64,000 nt of DNA from Microbacterium sp. Lineage in GTDB: Bacteria > Actinomycetota > Actinomycetes > Actinomycetales > Microbacteriaceae. The notes beneath the pieces were generated by a model, which did not search any database, was not told the origin of the DNA, and saw only the letters and a program-made list of their open reading frames with translations. Shown in pieces: positions 50,904 to 60,621 of the stretch. Both the position numbers and the translations under genes were made by a program. How positions within the stretch are numbered: position 1 is the first letter of the stretch; every line of letters begins with the position of its first letter. The stretch lies in assembly GCF_047606385.1 (NCBI RefSeq), contig NZ_JASGEL010000091.1:1785-65784 (forward strand). The letters run 5' to 3'.

Positions 50904-53900
50904 TCAGCGCGCCGCGGGATGGGGAGAGTACGCCGCCGCGCTCGCCATGCCCCCGAACACGCGCACCGCGACATCGAGCGTCGTCCAGCCCGGCGGCGTC
51001 GCACGGGAGATCTCCCGCAGCGTCGTGCGGGCGCGTGACACCCGGGATCGGTGGGACTCCTCCCATCGCGCGATGAGCGCGTCGATGTCGTCGGTGTGGT
51101 CCGCTCCGAGCAGCACGTCGACGCAGACCGCTTTGACGGCCCGGTAGATGTCGCCTCGCAGCAGCAGCCTCGCCTGCGTGTCCCATCGCTCCCGCTGCGG
51201 GAGGGCGGACACGGCGGTGAGGAGATGGTCGACCTGGAGGTGGGCGTTGATCCGGTAGTAGAGGCGCGCGACCCGTTCGCGGTCGACGCCGGTCAGGGCG
51301 GCGACGTCGATCACGTCGAGCAGGCAGAACCGGTGCAGCAGCGTCATCACCTCGCGTGCCTGCGCCACGGTCGCGCCCTGGTCGACGACCTCCCGCATCC
51401 GCTGCTCGACGATCTCCGCGTCCGCACCGCCGAGCAGGTGCGGCACGAGCCGGCTCATCGACCGGATGCCGTCGCGGTACCGCTCGGTCTCCGCCGCCAT
51501 GTCGACCGGTTGCGGTCGCTGCGCGAGAAGCCACCTCGTGGCGCGTTCGAGCAGACGCCGCACCTCGCGCGTGAACGCGTCGGAGACCCGCGTGTTCGCG
51601 GCGAACCGGATGCCTGCGAGCAGGCGCGGGACGTCGAACACGCTGTGCGCCGCGACGTAGGCCCGCACGATGTCAGGCGTCGAGGCCCCGCTGGCCTCGG
51701 CGATGCGGAAGACGAAGGCCACCCCGCCGGTGTCGACGAGCTCGTTGGTGAGCGCGGTCGCGAGGATCTCCCGCCGGAGTGGATGGCGAGCGAGCTCGAC
51801 CGGGAAGCGACGTCGCAGCTCGGACGGGAAGTAGGCCTGCAGCCGGGGCAGGAGCTCGTCGGCATCGAGCACATCGGATGAGAGCAGGTCTGCTTTGAGG
51901 GACAGCTTGACGTGCGCCGCGAGGGCCGCCAGCTCCGGCGAGGTGAGGCCGGCACCCCGCTCGAGGCGCTGCTGGATGTCCTCGTCGTCCGGGAGGGCCT
52001 CGAGCGTCCGATTCAGGATGCCGCGCGCCTCGAGGTCGCCGATGAGGCGGCCGTGGGTGTCCATGAGCTCAGCGGCCTGAGCCCGCGTGGTGCCGAGCAG
52101 CTCGTTCTGCGCGCGGTTCTCCGCCAGCACGAGCTCGACCACGTCGGGCGTCATGTCGGCGAGCAGCCGATCGCGAGCCGGCGCATCGAGGCCTCCTCGC
52201 GCGACCGCCGAGTCCAGCAGGATCTTGATGTTGACCTCGTGATCGGAGCAGTCGACGCCGGCGGAGTTGTCCCACGCGTCGCTGTTGACCCCGTGCCCCG
52301 CCTGGGCGAGCTCGATCCGGGCGCGCGGGGTGATGCCGAGGTTCCCGCCCTCGACGACGACCCGCGCCCGCACCTCGCCGGCGTCGATCCTGAGGTCGTC
52401 GTTGGACTTGTCGTGGACGTCCAGGGACGTCTCGGCCTGCGCCTTCACGAACGTGCCGATGCCGCCGTTCCACAGCAGGTCGACGGGCGCGCGCAGGATC
52501 GCCCTGATCAGCTCGCGCGACGAGAGCGACGACGCCCCGGCCAGTCCGAGCGCCTCGGCCGCCTCGGCGGAGATCGGGATGGACTTCGCCGTCCTCGGCC
52601 AGACGCCGCCTCCCGCGCTGATCGAGGCGCGGTCGTAGTCGGCCCAGCTCGATCGCGGCAGGTGGAACAGGCGGACCCGCTCCGCGTGGGACCGCGCCGG
52701 ATCCGGCGCCGGGTCGAGGAAGATGTGGCGGTGGTCGAACGCGGCGACCAGCCGGATCCGTGAGCTGAGCAGCATGCCGTTGCCGAAGACGTCGCCGCCC
52801 ATGTCACCGATTCCGACGGCAGTGAGCGGATCCGTGTCGGCGTCCATGCCGCGTTCCCGGAAATGTCGCCGCGCGCTCTCCCATGCGCCTTTCGCCGTGA
52901 TCCCGATGGCCTTGTGGTCGTAGCCGACCGACCCGCCGGAGGCGAAGGCGTCGCCGAGCCAGAAGCCCCGCGCCGCGGCCACGTCGTTCGCGACGTCGGA
53001 GAAGCCCGCCGTGCCGCGGTCTGCGGCGACGACCAGGTAGGAGTCGGACCCGTCGCGGCAGACCACGCGGGCAGGCGGGACCACGCTCGCCTGGGCCGAG
53101 TCGAGGTTGTCGGTCACGCCGAGCAGCGCCGAGACGAAGATGCGATAGCAGTCCGCGCCCTCACCGCGTTTGGCGATGAAGACGCCCTTCGCGCCGGCGG
53201 GCACGATGATCGCGTTCTTGACCATCTGGGTGCGCACCAGGCCCAGCACCTCGGTGCGATAGTCGTCGATCCGGTCGGACCATCGCAGGCCGCCGCGCGC
53301 CACCCGTGAGAAGCGCAGATGGGTGCCCTCCACATCGGGGCCGTAGACGAACGTCTCGAAGAGCGGACGCGGTTCGGGCAGCTCCGGGATGCCGCCGGAG
53401 TCGAGCTTGACCGTGATCACCGGCCCCGGCGAGCCGTCGTCGGCGACCCGGAAGAAGTCGGTGCGCACCGTGCTCAGCACGAGCGAGAGGAACGCGCGGA
53501 GGATCCGGTCGTCGTCGATCCCGGGGACGCCTTCGATGTCCGCCCTGATCCGGTCCTCGGTCTCGGCCGCCGCGACGGCGTCGATGCGATCCGGGTCGAG
53601 AAGGCTCCCGAAGAGGCGGACGAGCCGGCGCGTGACGCCGTCGTGGCGCTCCAGCACGCGCACGACCTGGGCGGAGGAGAACGGAAGCCCGGCCTGCTTG
53701 AGGAACCGCGCGTAGACGCGCAGCAGCGCCGCCTCCCGCCAGCGCAGCCCCAGCCTGGGCACGAGGACGTTGAACGGATCAGCCTCCGCGCGGCCCGACC
53801 ACACGGCCCGGAACGCGTCGACGACGACGTCCTCCTGGTCCGCCCGCGGCGCCGCCTCGGTGCGGATGCGGAACTCGTACGACCATGCCGCGGCGCCGGC

Positions 53901-54092
53901 GGCGGTGAGGTGGGCGGTCGGCCGCTCGTCCAGCACGACGAAGCCGAGGCTGTGCAGCACCGGAAGCACGTCGCTCAAGGCGGCCGGCTCCCCGCACACG
54001 AGGAGGGTGAACACGCCGGCGGCGATGTCCAGCCGGGCGTCCATCTCGCCCGGTCGCAACGACTCCAGGCGTGACATCACGTGCGTGCCCAT
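50904..54092 (-). CDS. gdh: NAD-specific glutamate dehydrogenase, large (Bac_GDH) family, short form
   Basis: Bac_GDH family pattern across the ORF, with a catalytic core around GGLRWSDR...VPAGAKG...VAADRGTA...GDMGGDVFGNG. I prefer ATG 54092 (RBS GAGGGGAG). The longest ORF starts at GTG 54137, only 4 nt after the proC stop. Confidence 0.85.
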   Translation of the reverse strand: MGTHVMSRLESLRPGEMDARLDIAAGVFTLLVCGEPAALSDVLPVLHSLGFVVLDERPTAHLTAAGAAAWSYEFRIRTEAAPRADQEDVVVDAFRAVWSGRAEADPFNVLVPRLGLRWREAALLRVYARFLKQAGLPFSSAQVVRVLERHDGVTRRLVRLFGSLLDPDRIDAVAAAETEDRIRADIEGVPGIDDDRILRAFLSLVLSTVRTDFFRVADDGSPGPVITVKLDSGGIPELPEPRPLFETFVYGPDVEGTHLRFSRVARGGLRWSDRIDDYRTEVLGLVRTQMVKNAIIVPAGAKGVFIAKRGEGADCYRIFVSALLGVTDNLDSAQASVVPPARVVCRDGSDSYLVVAADRGTAGFSDVANDVAAARGFWLGDAFASGGSVGYDHKAIGITAKGAWESARRHFRERGMDADTDPLTAVGIGDMGGDVFGNGMLLSSRIRLVAAFDHRHIFLDPAPDPARSHAERVRLFHLPRSSWADYDRASISAGGGVWPRTAKSIPISAEAAEALGLAGASSLSSRELIRAILRAPVDLLWNGGIGTFVKAQAETSLDVHDKSNDDLRIDAGEVRARVVVEGGNLGITPRARIELAQAGHGVNSDAWDNSAGVDCSDHEVNIKILLDSAVARGGLDAPARDRLLADMTPDVVELVLAENRAQNELLGTTRAQAAELMDTHGRLIGDLEARGILNRTLEALPDDEDIQQRLERGAGLTSPELAALAAHVKLSLKADLLSSDVLDADELLPRLQAYFPSELRRRFPVELARHPLRREILATALTNELVDTGGVAFVFRIAEASGASTPDIVRAYVAAHSVFDVPRLLAGIRFAANTRVSDAFTREVRRLLERATRWLLAQRPQPVDMAAETERYRDGIRSMSRLVPHLLGGADAEIVEQRMREVVDQGATVAQAREVMTLLHRFCLLDVIDVAALTGVDRERVARLYYRINAHLQVDHLLTAVSALPQRERWDTQARLLLRGDIYRAVKAVCVDVLLGADHTDDIDALIARWEESHRSRVSRARTTLREISRATPPGWTTLDVAVRVFGGMASAAAYSPHPAAR

Positions 54093-54141
54093 GCGTCGGC
54101 TCCCCTCATCGTGCACCGCGAACCCGGTGGGGATCACGCCG

Positions 54142-55002
54142 TCAGCTGCCGGCCAGCTCGTGCGCGCGTTCGACCGCGGCGACGGTCGCGGCGTCCACGA
54201 TGTCGCCGAGCCCGCGGGTCGCGAACACGTCCAGCGCGGCCTGCGTCGTGCCGCCCGGGCTCGTGACCTGCTCGCGCAACGCGGCCGGGTCGCTGCCGGT
54301 CGTCTCCATCAGCGCGATCGCCCCGCGGAACGTGCCGACGACGAGGAGGCGCGCGGTGTCCGCGTCGAATCCTCGCTCCCGGGCTGCGGCGATCAACGCC
54401 TCGATGAAGAGGAAGACGTATGCCGGGCCCGAGCCGGAGATGCTGGTCAGCGGGTCCAGCATCTCCTCGGGCACGGCCACCGCGGTGCCGATCGTCGCGC
54501 ACAGCGTCATCGCGACCCGGACGTGCGACGGGCGGGCACGCGAGCCCGCGGCGACGCCGGTGACGGCCTGCCCGACGCGTGCCGGCGAGTTGGGCATCAC
54601 CCTCACGACGGCGACACGGTCGGGAAGGCGGGACTCGATGGCCGAGGTCGGCACGCCGGCGGCGATGCTGATCAGGACGGTGTCGGGCCCGAGCGAGGGC
54701 CGGATCTGGTCCAGCAGCTCCGCCATCTGGTGCGGCTTGACGGCCGCGATGACGACGCGAGCCCCGTCGACGGCGCGGGCGTTGGCGTCCGGGTCGGTCG
54801 CACCGTCGTAGCCGGTGACGCCGGTCGCCCGCGACAGCTCGGCGATGCGGTCGGGCCAGCTGTCGGCGATGCGGATGCCGCCCTCGATGTCGAGATCGGA
54901 GTCCAGCAGTCCCTGCAGGATGGCACCGCCCATCGCCCCCACGCCCAGGATCGCGACCGGACCGAGCGGCTCGCCCGGTGTCGGCATGTCGGCGTCGCTC
55001 AT
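54142..55002 (-). CDS. proC: Pyrroline-5-carboxylate reductase
   Basis: 286 aa with Rossmann motif VAILGVGAMGGAIL and a ProC C-terminal dimerisation domain (VTSPGGTTQAAL). Confidence 0.85.
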   Translation of the reverse strand: MSDADMPTPGEPLGPVAILGVGAMGGAILQGLLDSDLDIEGGIRIADSWPDRIAELSRATGVTGYDGATDPDANARAVDGARVVIAAVKPHQMAELLDQIRPSLGPDTVLISIAAGVPTSAIESRLPDRVAVVRVMPNSPARVGQAVTGVAAGSRARPSHVRVAMTLCATIGTAVAVPEEMLDPLTSISGSGPAYVFLFIEALIAAARERGFDADTARLLVVGTFRGAIALMETTGSDPAALREQVTSPGGTTQAALDVFATRGLGDIVDAATVAAVERAHELAGS

Positions 55003-55039
55003 GATTTCCTCCTCCGTCCGCGGCGGTCGCGGCAGCCCG

Positions 55040-58000
55040 TCAGATGATCCCCGCCGACAGCGTCGTGGGGTTGCCGAACCGGTGGTTCGTGATCGAGATC
55101 GCCTGCTCCCGCAGGAACGGGAGCAGCTCGACGCGACCGGCGTCCGTCACCGCGTGCCCCCACACGGCGATGTCGGGCGAGCCGCCGAGATCCTCGGCCA
55201 CGGTCGCCGCGTCCGCACCGACCAGACGGACGCGATGCGACACGGCTCCCCGCGCGGCCAGTCGCCGCGTCCACGTGCCGGCGCTCTCGTGGCGGACCTC
55301 GACGCCCGTGGCGGCGAGCGCCCGTCGGACGGCCTCCGGCAGCGGGGTCTCCGAGGAGACCGTCAGCGGGGAGCCGCTGCGCAGACCCGCGGCGAGGACG
55401 CGAAGGCCGTCGACGAGAGGGGCGTCGGCGATGCGCACGTCCACGGGCACCGGGCGGTACCGGAACAGGTTCCGCTCCACTCCGAGGCCGGTCACATCGA
55501 CGCACCGGCCGAACTCCTCGTCCCAGGCTCGCTGGTCGGAGGCGGCCGCGTACGCGAGCCGGGTGCGCTCGTCCGCGGTGACGACCGAGCGCGCCGCTGC
55601 CAGCAGCTCCGCGACCGCGCCCTCGGTGGGGGCCGCTCCGCTGCGCACCTCTGCCGGCAGCCAGTCGCCCAGCCCGAACAGGTAGTTCGGGCCGCCCGCC
55701 TTCGCGCCCGCGCCGACCGCCGAGCGCTTCCAGCCGCCGAACGGCTGACGCTGCACGATCGCGCCGGTGATGCCGCGGTTGACGTACAGGTTCCCGGCCT
55801 CGACCCGCGCCAGCCACGTCTCGAGCTCCGCCGGGTCCTGCGTCTGCAGCCCGGCCGTCAGCCCGTAGTCCACCGCGTTCTGCAGTCGGATCGCCTCGTC
55901 CAGGTCCGTGGCGCGCATGATGCCGAGCACCGGCCCGAAGAACTCGGTGAGGTGGAAGTACGAGCCGGGCTTGACGCCGGTCTTCACCCCGGGGGACCAC
56001 AGCCGCCCGCTGTCGTCGAGCCGTCTGGGCTCCAGCAGCCACCGCTCGCCGGGTTCGAGGCGGGTGAGCGCGTCGAGCAGCTTGCCGGCTGCGGGCTCGA
56101 TGATCGGGCCCATCTGGCTCGTCGGGTCGTCGGGGTAGCCCACACGCAGCGACCGGGCGGCGTCCAGGACCTGCCGGGTGAACCGCTCCGAGTCGGCGAC
56201 CGAGCCGACCAGGATCGCGAGCGAGGCGGCGGAGCACTTCTGACCGGCGTGCCCGAAAGCGCTCTTGACGAGGTCGGATGCCGCGAGATCGAGGTCCGCG
56301 GACGGCGTGACGATGATCGCGTTCTTGCCGCTGGTCTCCGCCAGCAGCGGCAGGTCCTTGCGGAAGGAACGGAACAGCTCCGCGGTCTCGTAGGCGCCGG
56401 TGAGGATGACGCGGTCGACCAGCCGGCTCGCGATCAGATGAGCGCCCAGGTCATGCGACTGCAGGTCGATGAGGGCCAACAGGTCGCGGGGGACCCCCGC
56501 GTCCCACAGCGCCTGGACCATGACGGCACCGCACCGCTGCGTGAGCCTCGCCGGCTTGATGACGACGGCGGAGCCGGAGGCGAGGGCGGCCAGCACCCCG
56601 CCCGCGGGGATCGCGAGCGGGAAGTTCCACGGCGGTGTGACGACCGTGAGCTTCGAGGGGACGAACCGGGCGCCGTCGATCGCGTCGAGGTCCTTGGCGC
56701 GCTCGGCGTAGTAGTGCGCGAAGTCGACGGCCTCGCTGACCTCGGGATCGCCCTCGGCGATCGTCTTCCCGGCCTCGGCCGCCATCACTTCGAGCAGCTC
56801 CGTTCGCCGAGCGGCGAGCATCTCGCCTGCCCGGTGGAGGACCGCCGCCCGCTCGGCGCCCGGCTGGGCGACCCAGGTCGCCGCGGCGGCGACGGCGCGC
56901 TGCAGCACCGCATCCACGTCCGCGGCGTCGTCGATGCGCGCGGCGACGATGGTGTCGACGCCCAGCACGGACTCGGTGGAACGCTCGAGGATGCGCCGAC
57001 CCCACTCCCGGTTCGCCGCGAGCGAGGGGTCGGTGTCGGGCTCGTTGCGGAAGCCGCTCGCCTCGCCGGTCGGCTGAGACGTCTCGCGGGCACGGTCCTG
57101 CGTGCGGTTGGGCGCCGGGACGCTGCCGGCGCTCGCGGTCAGCTCCGCCAGCGAGCGCTCGAAGCGCCCGCGCTCGCGGTCGAAGAGATCGCGGCTGGCC
57201 GAGAGCTCGAACACGGCCGACATGAAGTTCTCCTGGCTGGCGTTCTCCTCGAGACGGCGCACCAGGTAGGCGATCGCGACGTCGAACTCGGCCGGGTCGA
57301 CGACCGGGGTGTAGAGCAGCAGGCGGCCGACGTCCTTGCGGACGGCCTCGGCCTGGCCCGTGGCCATTCCGAGCAGCATCTCGAACTCGACATCGTCCGT
57401 CACCCCGCGCGCCTTCGCGGTCAGCCACGCGTACGCGATGTCGAACAGGTTGTGGCCCGCGACGCCGAGCCGCACCGCGTCCAGCCGCTCCGGTGTCATC
57501 GACCAGTCCAGCACCCGCTTGTAGTTGGTGTCCGACTCCTGCTTGCTCGAGTAGGTCGCGAGCGGCCACCCGTGGACGGCCGCGTCCACGCCCTCCATCG
57601 CGAGGTTGGCGCCCTTGACCACCCGCACCTTGATCGGCGCGCCGCCCGCCGATCGCCGCTCGCGGGCCCAGTCCTGAAGCCGCTGCATCGCGCCCAGCGC
57701 GTCGGGCAGATACGCCTGGAGCACGATCCCCGCCTCGAGCTGCGCGAACTGGGGCTGATCGAGCATCCTCGTGAACACCGCGATCGTCAGGTCGAGATCG
57801 CGGTACTCCTCCATGTCCAGGTTGATGAACTTGGCCGTGCCCCGTGCGGTTCCGCGAGCCGCCAGCTCGTAGAGCGGGGTCAGCTCGGTCACGATGTCGG
57901 CGACAGCCTCGTCGAACGACCACATCGAGAGCTGGCTGACGACGCTCGAGACCTTGATCGACACGTAGTCGACGTCGGGACGGGCGAGGAAGGCGTAGGT

Positions 58001-58486
58001 GCCTTCGAGGCGACGACGCGCCTCGCGTTCGCCCAGCACGGCCTCGCCGAGCAGATTCAGGTTGAGACGGTTGCCGCTCGTGCGGAGCCGGGCGATCGCC
58101 GGCCCGAGCTTCGAGGGCGTGGCATCGAGCACCAGGTGGCCGACCATCGCGCGCAGCACCCGCCTGGCGATGGGGACGACGAGGGCAGGAGCCTTCGAGG
58201 CCACGAGGCCGCCGAGGTTGATCGCGCCGCGCAGGTACCAGGGAAGGAACGTGGGGGTGATCGCTGCGAGCTCGGCGAGCTTCCGGCCGGCGACACGCAG
58301 ATCCTCGGGGCGCATGACCCCGTCGACGAAGCCGACGGTGAAGTCGAGCCCGTTGGGGTCCTTGAGCACCTCGGCGAGGCGTTGCGCGGCGCTGTCCACG
58401 GGATACCGCGTGCTGTCCTCGAGCCAGCGGCGGACGAGCAGATCGATGTCTCGCGCGGTCGGCGTCGAGAGGTCGGCAACGGTCAT
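55040..58486 (-). CDS. putA: Bifunctional proline dehydrogenase / L-glutamate-gamma-semialdehyde dehydrogenase
   Basis: 1148 aa with an N-terminal PRODH barrel and a C-terminal aldehyde dehydrogenase domain (FGHAGQKCSAAS, EFFGPVL). RBS GGAG. Confidence 0.92.
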   Translation of the reverse strand: MTVADLSTPTARDIDLLVRRWLEDSTRYPVDSAAQRLAEVLKDPNGLDFTVGFVDGVMRPEDLRVAGRKLAELAAITPTFLPWYLRGAINLGGLVASKAPALVVPIARRVLRAMVGHLVLDATPSKLGPAIARLRTSGNRLNLNLLGEAVLGEREARRRLEGTYAFLARPDVDYVSIKVSSVVSQLSMWSFDEAVADIVTELTPLYELAARGTARGTAKFINLDMEEYRDLDLTIAVFTRMLDQPQFAQLEAGIVLQAYLPDALGAMQRLQDWARERRSAGGAPIKVRVVKGANLAMEGVDAAVHGWPLATYSSKQESDTNYKRVLDWSMTPERLDAVRLGVAGHNLFDIAYAWLTAKARGVTDDVEFEMLLGMATGQAEAVRKDVGRLLLYTPVVDPAEFDVAIAYLVRRLEENASQENFMSAVFELSASRDLFDRERGRFERSLAELTASAGSVPAPNRTQDRARETSQPTGEASGFRNEPDTDPSLAANREWGRRILERSTESVLGVDTIVAARIDDAADVDAVLQRAVAAAATWVAQPGAERAAVLHRAGEMLAARRTELLEVMAAEAGKTIAEGDPEVSEAVDFAHYYAERAKDLDAIDGARFVPSKLTVVTPPWNFPLAIPAGGVLAALASGSAVVIKPARLTQRCGAVMVQALWDAGVPRDLLALIDLQSHDLGAHLIASRLVDRVILTGAYETAELFRSFRKDLPLLAETSGKNAIIVTPSADLDLAASDLVKSAFGHAGQKCSAASLAILVGSVADSERFTRQVLDAARSLRVGYPDDPTSQMGPIIEPAAGKLLDALTRLEPGERWLLEPRRLDDSGRLWSPGVKTGVKPGSYFHLTEFFGPVLGIMRATDLDEAIRLQNAVDYGLTAGLQTQDPAELETWLARVEAGNLYVNRGITGAIVQRQPFGGWKRSAVGAGAKAGGPNYLFGLGDWLPAEVRSGAAPTEGAVAELLAAARSVVTADERTRLAYAAASDQRAWDEEFGRCVDVTGLGVERNLFRYRPVPVDVRIADAPLVDGLRVLAAGLRSGSPLTVSSETPLPEAVRRALAATGVEVRHESAGTWTRRLAARGAVSHRVRLVGADAATVAEDLGGSPDIAVWGHAVTDAGRVELLPFLREQAISITNHRFGNPTTLSAGII

Positions 58487-58552
58487 GAGAAGTACTCCGA
58501 GGTCAGAGCGGGCTGTGCGACGGGTGCGTCAGAAGCTATGCTCCGGTGTGCG

Positions 58553-58576
58553 AACCGTTGTGTCTATCAAACGGTT
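58553..58576. promoter_or_regulatory. Candidate LysR-type binding site
   Basis: AACCGTT-N10-AACGGTT is a 7-bp inverted repeat in the divergent putA/LysR intergenic region. It ends 30 nt upstream of the LysR ATG. Confidence 0.3.
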
Positions 58577-58606
58577 GCAGCAGCAATAGATCACTCATGC
58601 TTAACA

Positions 58607-59530
58607 ATGGAGCTCGCGGTGCTGGACACCCGTCGCCTTCGCGTCCTCGTGGAGCTGAGCCGTCGCGGCACGCTCAGCGCCGTCGCCGACGCGCTCTCGT
58701 ACAGTCGCGCCGCCGTGTCGCAGCAGCTGAGCGCGCTCGAGAAGGAGGTCGGCGCCCGGTTGCTCGTGCCGGCCGGCCGGGGCGTGCACCTGACGCCGCA
58801 GGCGGAGATCCTCGTGGCTCACGCCGTCGACGTCCTCGATCGGCTCGAGAACGCGGAGGTGGCCGTCTCGCAGTCCCTGGGGGCCGCAGTGGGGACGATC
58901 CGCGTGGCGGCCCTGCAGTCGACGATGCACGCCGTGATCCCGGATGCGCTGGCGATCCTCGCCGCCGAGCAGCCGGCGCTTCGGGTGGAGGTCGTCGAGT
59001 ACGAGCCCGAGCACGGCCTGGCGGCCGTGCTGGCGCGAGAGGTCGATCTCGCGATCGCGGAGCAGTACCCGGGGCGCGCCCGCCGGCCGCGCCTCGATCT
59101 GGACCTCGTCCCGCTCGCCGCGGATCCGATCTCGCTCGCGCTCGCTCCGGGCTCGCCCGTCTTCGACGATCCGGTCGAGACGCTGCTGTCGACGCGGGAT
59201 CGCCCATGGGTGCTCGAGCCGCAGGGGACGGTGACGCGCGAATGGGCCGAGCAGCTGTGCCGGGCGGCGGGCTTCGAGCCCGACGTGCGGTTCGAGACCG
59301 CCGACCTCACCGCCCACGCCAAGCTGATCGCCACCGGCCACGCCGTCGGCATCCTTCCGGAGATGCTGTCGACGCAGGTGGCCCCCACGCTGCTGCTGTC
59401 GGCTCTTCCGGGGGCTCCGGTCCGCGACGTCTTCTCGTCCGCGCGGCTGTCCTCCGCTCAGGCACCCGCGATCCAGGCTTTTCGTGATGCGCTCTCACGG
59501 AGCGCGTCACGTCCCGGGCAGGCTCGATGA
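58607..59530 (+). CDS. LysR-family transcriptional regulator
   Basis: ATG 58607, 307 aa. HTH (LRVLVELSRRGTLSAVADALSYSRAAVSQQLSALEKEVG) and a LysR substrate-binding domain. The rest of the 1571-aa track ORF is antisense to putA. Confidence 0.85.
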   Translation: MELAVLDTRRLRVLVELSRRGTLSAVADALSYSRAAVSQQLSALEKEVGARLLVPAGRGVHLTPQAEILVAHAVDVLDRLENAEVAVSQSLGAAVGTIRVAALQSTMHAVIPDALAILAAEQPALRVEVVEYEPEHGLAAVLAREVDLAIAEQYPGRARRPRLDLDLVPLAADPISLALAPGSPVFDDPVETLLSTRDRPWVLEPQGTVTREWAEQLCRAAGFEPDVRFETADLTAHAKLIATGHAVGILPEMLSTQVAPTLLLSALPGAPVRDVFSSARLSSAQAPAIQAFRDALSRSASRPGQAR

Positions 59531-59612
59531 CCGGTCCGCGCGGCGCTCGGAGCGACGCGATGAGGTGCTCGCCACGGCTCGCCGGCGGAGCGCGCGCCCG
59601 CACTGCGACGAT

Positions 59613-60554
59613 CTACGGTCGGGGAAGCGCGTCGTCGGCCCCCAGGAGGATGCGGAGCCCGTCCCGGTAGGTGGTCACCTCGAACTCGGGGAACCGGGCG
59701 GCGAACTTCGCGGAGTCGAACCGGTTGTCGTGCGCGTACCGGGGCAGCAGCTCCCTCAGCTCCCGCGCCGCCATGGAGAAGAGGCCGGCCGTCTCCCATA
59801 CCCATCGGGGGATCACGATGTCGCCGACGGGACGGCCGAGCTCCGCCCCGGCCAGCGCGACGAGCTCGCGGTACGTGAGCCGGTCGTCGCAGACCGGGAG
59901 GTGCCAGGTCTGCCCGAAGGCATCGGGCGCGTTGCCGAGGGCGGCCAGCGCACGGCTCGCGTCGGGTGTCCAGATGAGCGTGCGCAGCCGGTCGTCGCGC
60001 ACCGGGACGAGGGGTCTCCTGCCGGCTTTCAGGCGATCGATGACGAGGGCGTTGGTGAAGCTCTGCGTCCGCCCCGGGCCGTAGAACTCCGGCGCCCGGG
60101 CGATGAGGACCGGGATCTCGCCGCGCGCCATCTCGTCGAGCACCATCGACGCCATCGCCGCGCGGACCCTCCCCTTTCGCCCGACCGGTGCGAAGGGGGT
60201 GTCCTCGGTCTGGACCCGGTCGTCCTGCGGATACATGTAGGTGTTGTCGAAGTATGCGAACCTCGCGCCGGCGGCGCGGGTCGCCTCGAGCGCATTCCGG
60301 AGCATCGTGGGGAACTGCGCCTCCCACAGCGCGGTGTCCGCCGGCAGCCCCGCCGTGAAGTAGACGACGTCGCTGCCCGCGACGGCCGCGGCGGTCTGCG
60401 CGGCGTCGAGCAGATCGGCGCGCGCGAGGGTGTCGGAGTCATTGATCGTGCGCGGGTTGCGACTCACCAGGCGGAGATCGGATGTGTGAGCGCGGCTCAG
60501 CTCCCGCGCGAGCTCGACCGCGATCTGACCGTTGGCTCCCAGTATCGTCTGCAC
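59613..60554 (-). CDS. NAD(P)-binding SDR-type (NmrA/epimerase-like) oxidoreductase
   Basis: 313 aa with Rossmann motif ILGANGQIA. GTG start. Confidence 0.75.
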   Translation of the reverse strand: MQTILGANGQIAVELARELSRAHTSDLRLVSRNPRTINDSDTLARADLLDAAQTAAAVAGSDVVYFTAGLPADTALWEAQFPTMLRNALEATRAAGARFAYFDNTYMYPQDDRVQTEDTPFAPVGRKGRVRAAMASMVLDEMARGEIPVLIARAPEFYGPGRTQSFTNALVIDRLKAGRRPLVPVRDDRLRTLIWTPDASRALAALGNAPDAFGQTWHLPVCDDRLTYRELVALAGAELGRPVGDIVIPRWVWETAGLFSMAARELRELLPRYAHDNRFDSAKFAARFPEFEVTTYRDGLRILLGADDALPRP

Positions 60555-60578
60555 GCTGTCCCTCGATCCCCGGTGCGG

Positions 60579-60599
60579 TATGTTTGCACTGCTTACATA
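60579..60599. promoter_or_regulatory. Candidate TetR operator (21-bp near-palindrome)
   Basis: In TATGTTTGCACTGCTTACATA, 8 of 10 arm positions are complementary. It lies in the 67-bp divergent region between the SDR and TetR genes. Confidence 0.4.
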
Positions 60600-60621
60600 A
60601 GGGTAAGAGGGGTTGTGAGCA

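Noticed and set aside
54815-59530. 1571-aa plus-strand ORF
   Set aside because: Only the last 307 codons (58607-59530, the LysR regulator) look like real protein. The upstream part is antisense to putA and proC and is Arg/Gly-rich.
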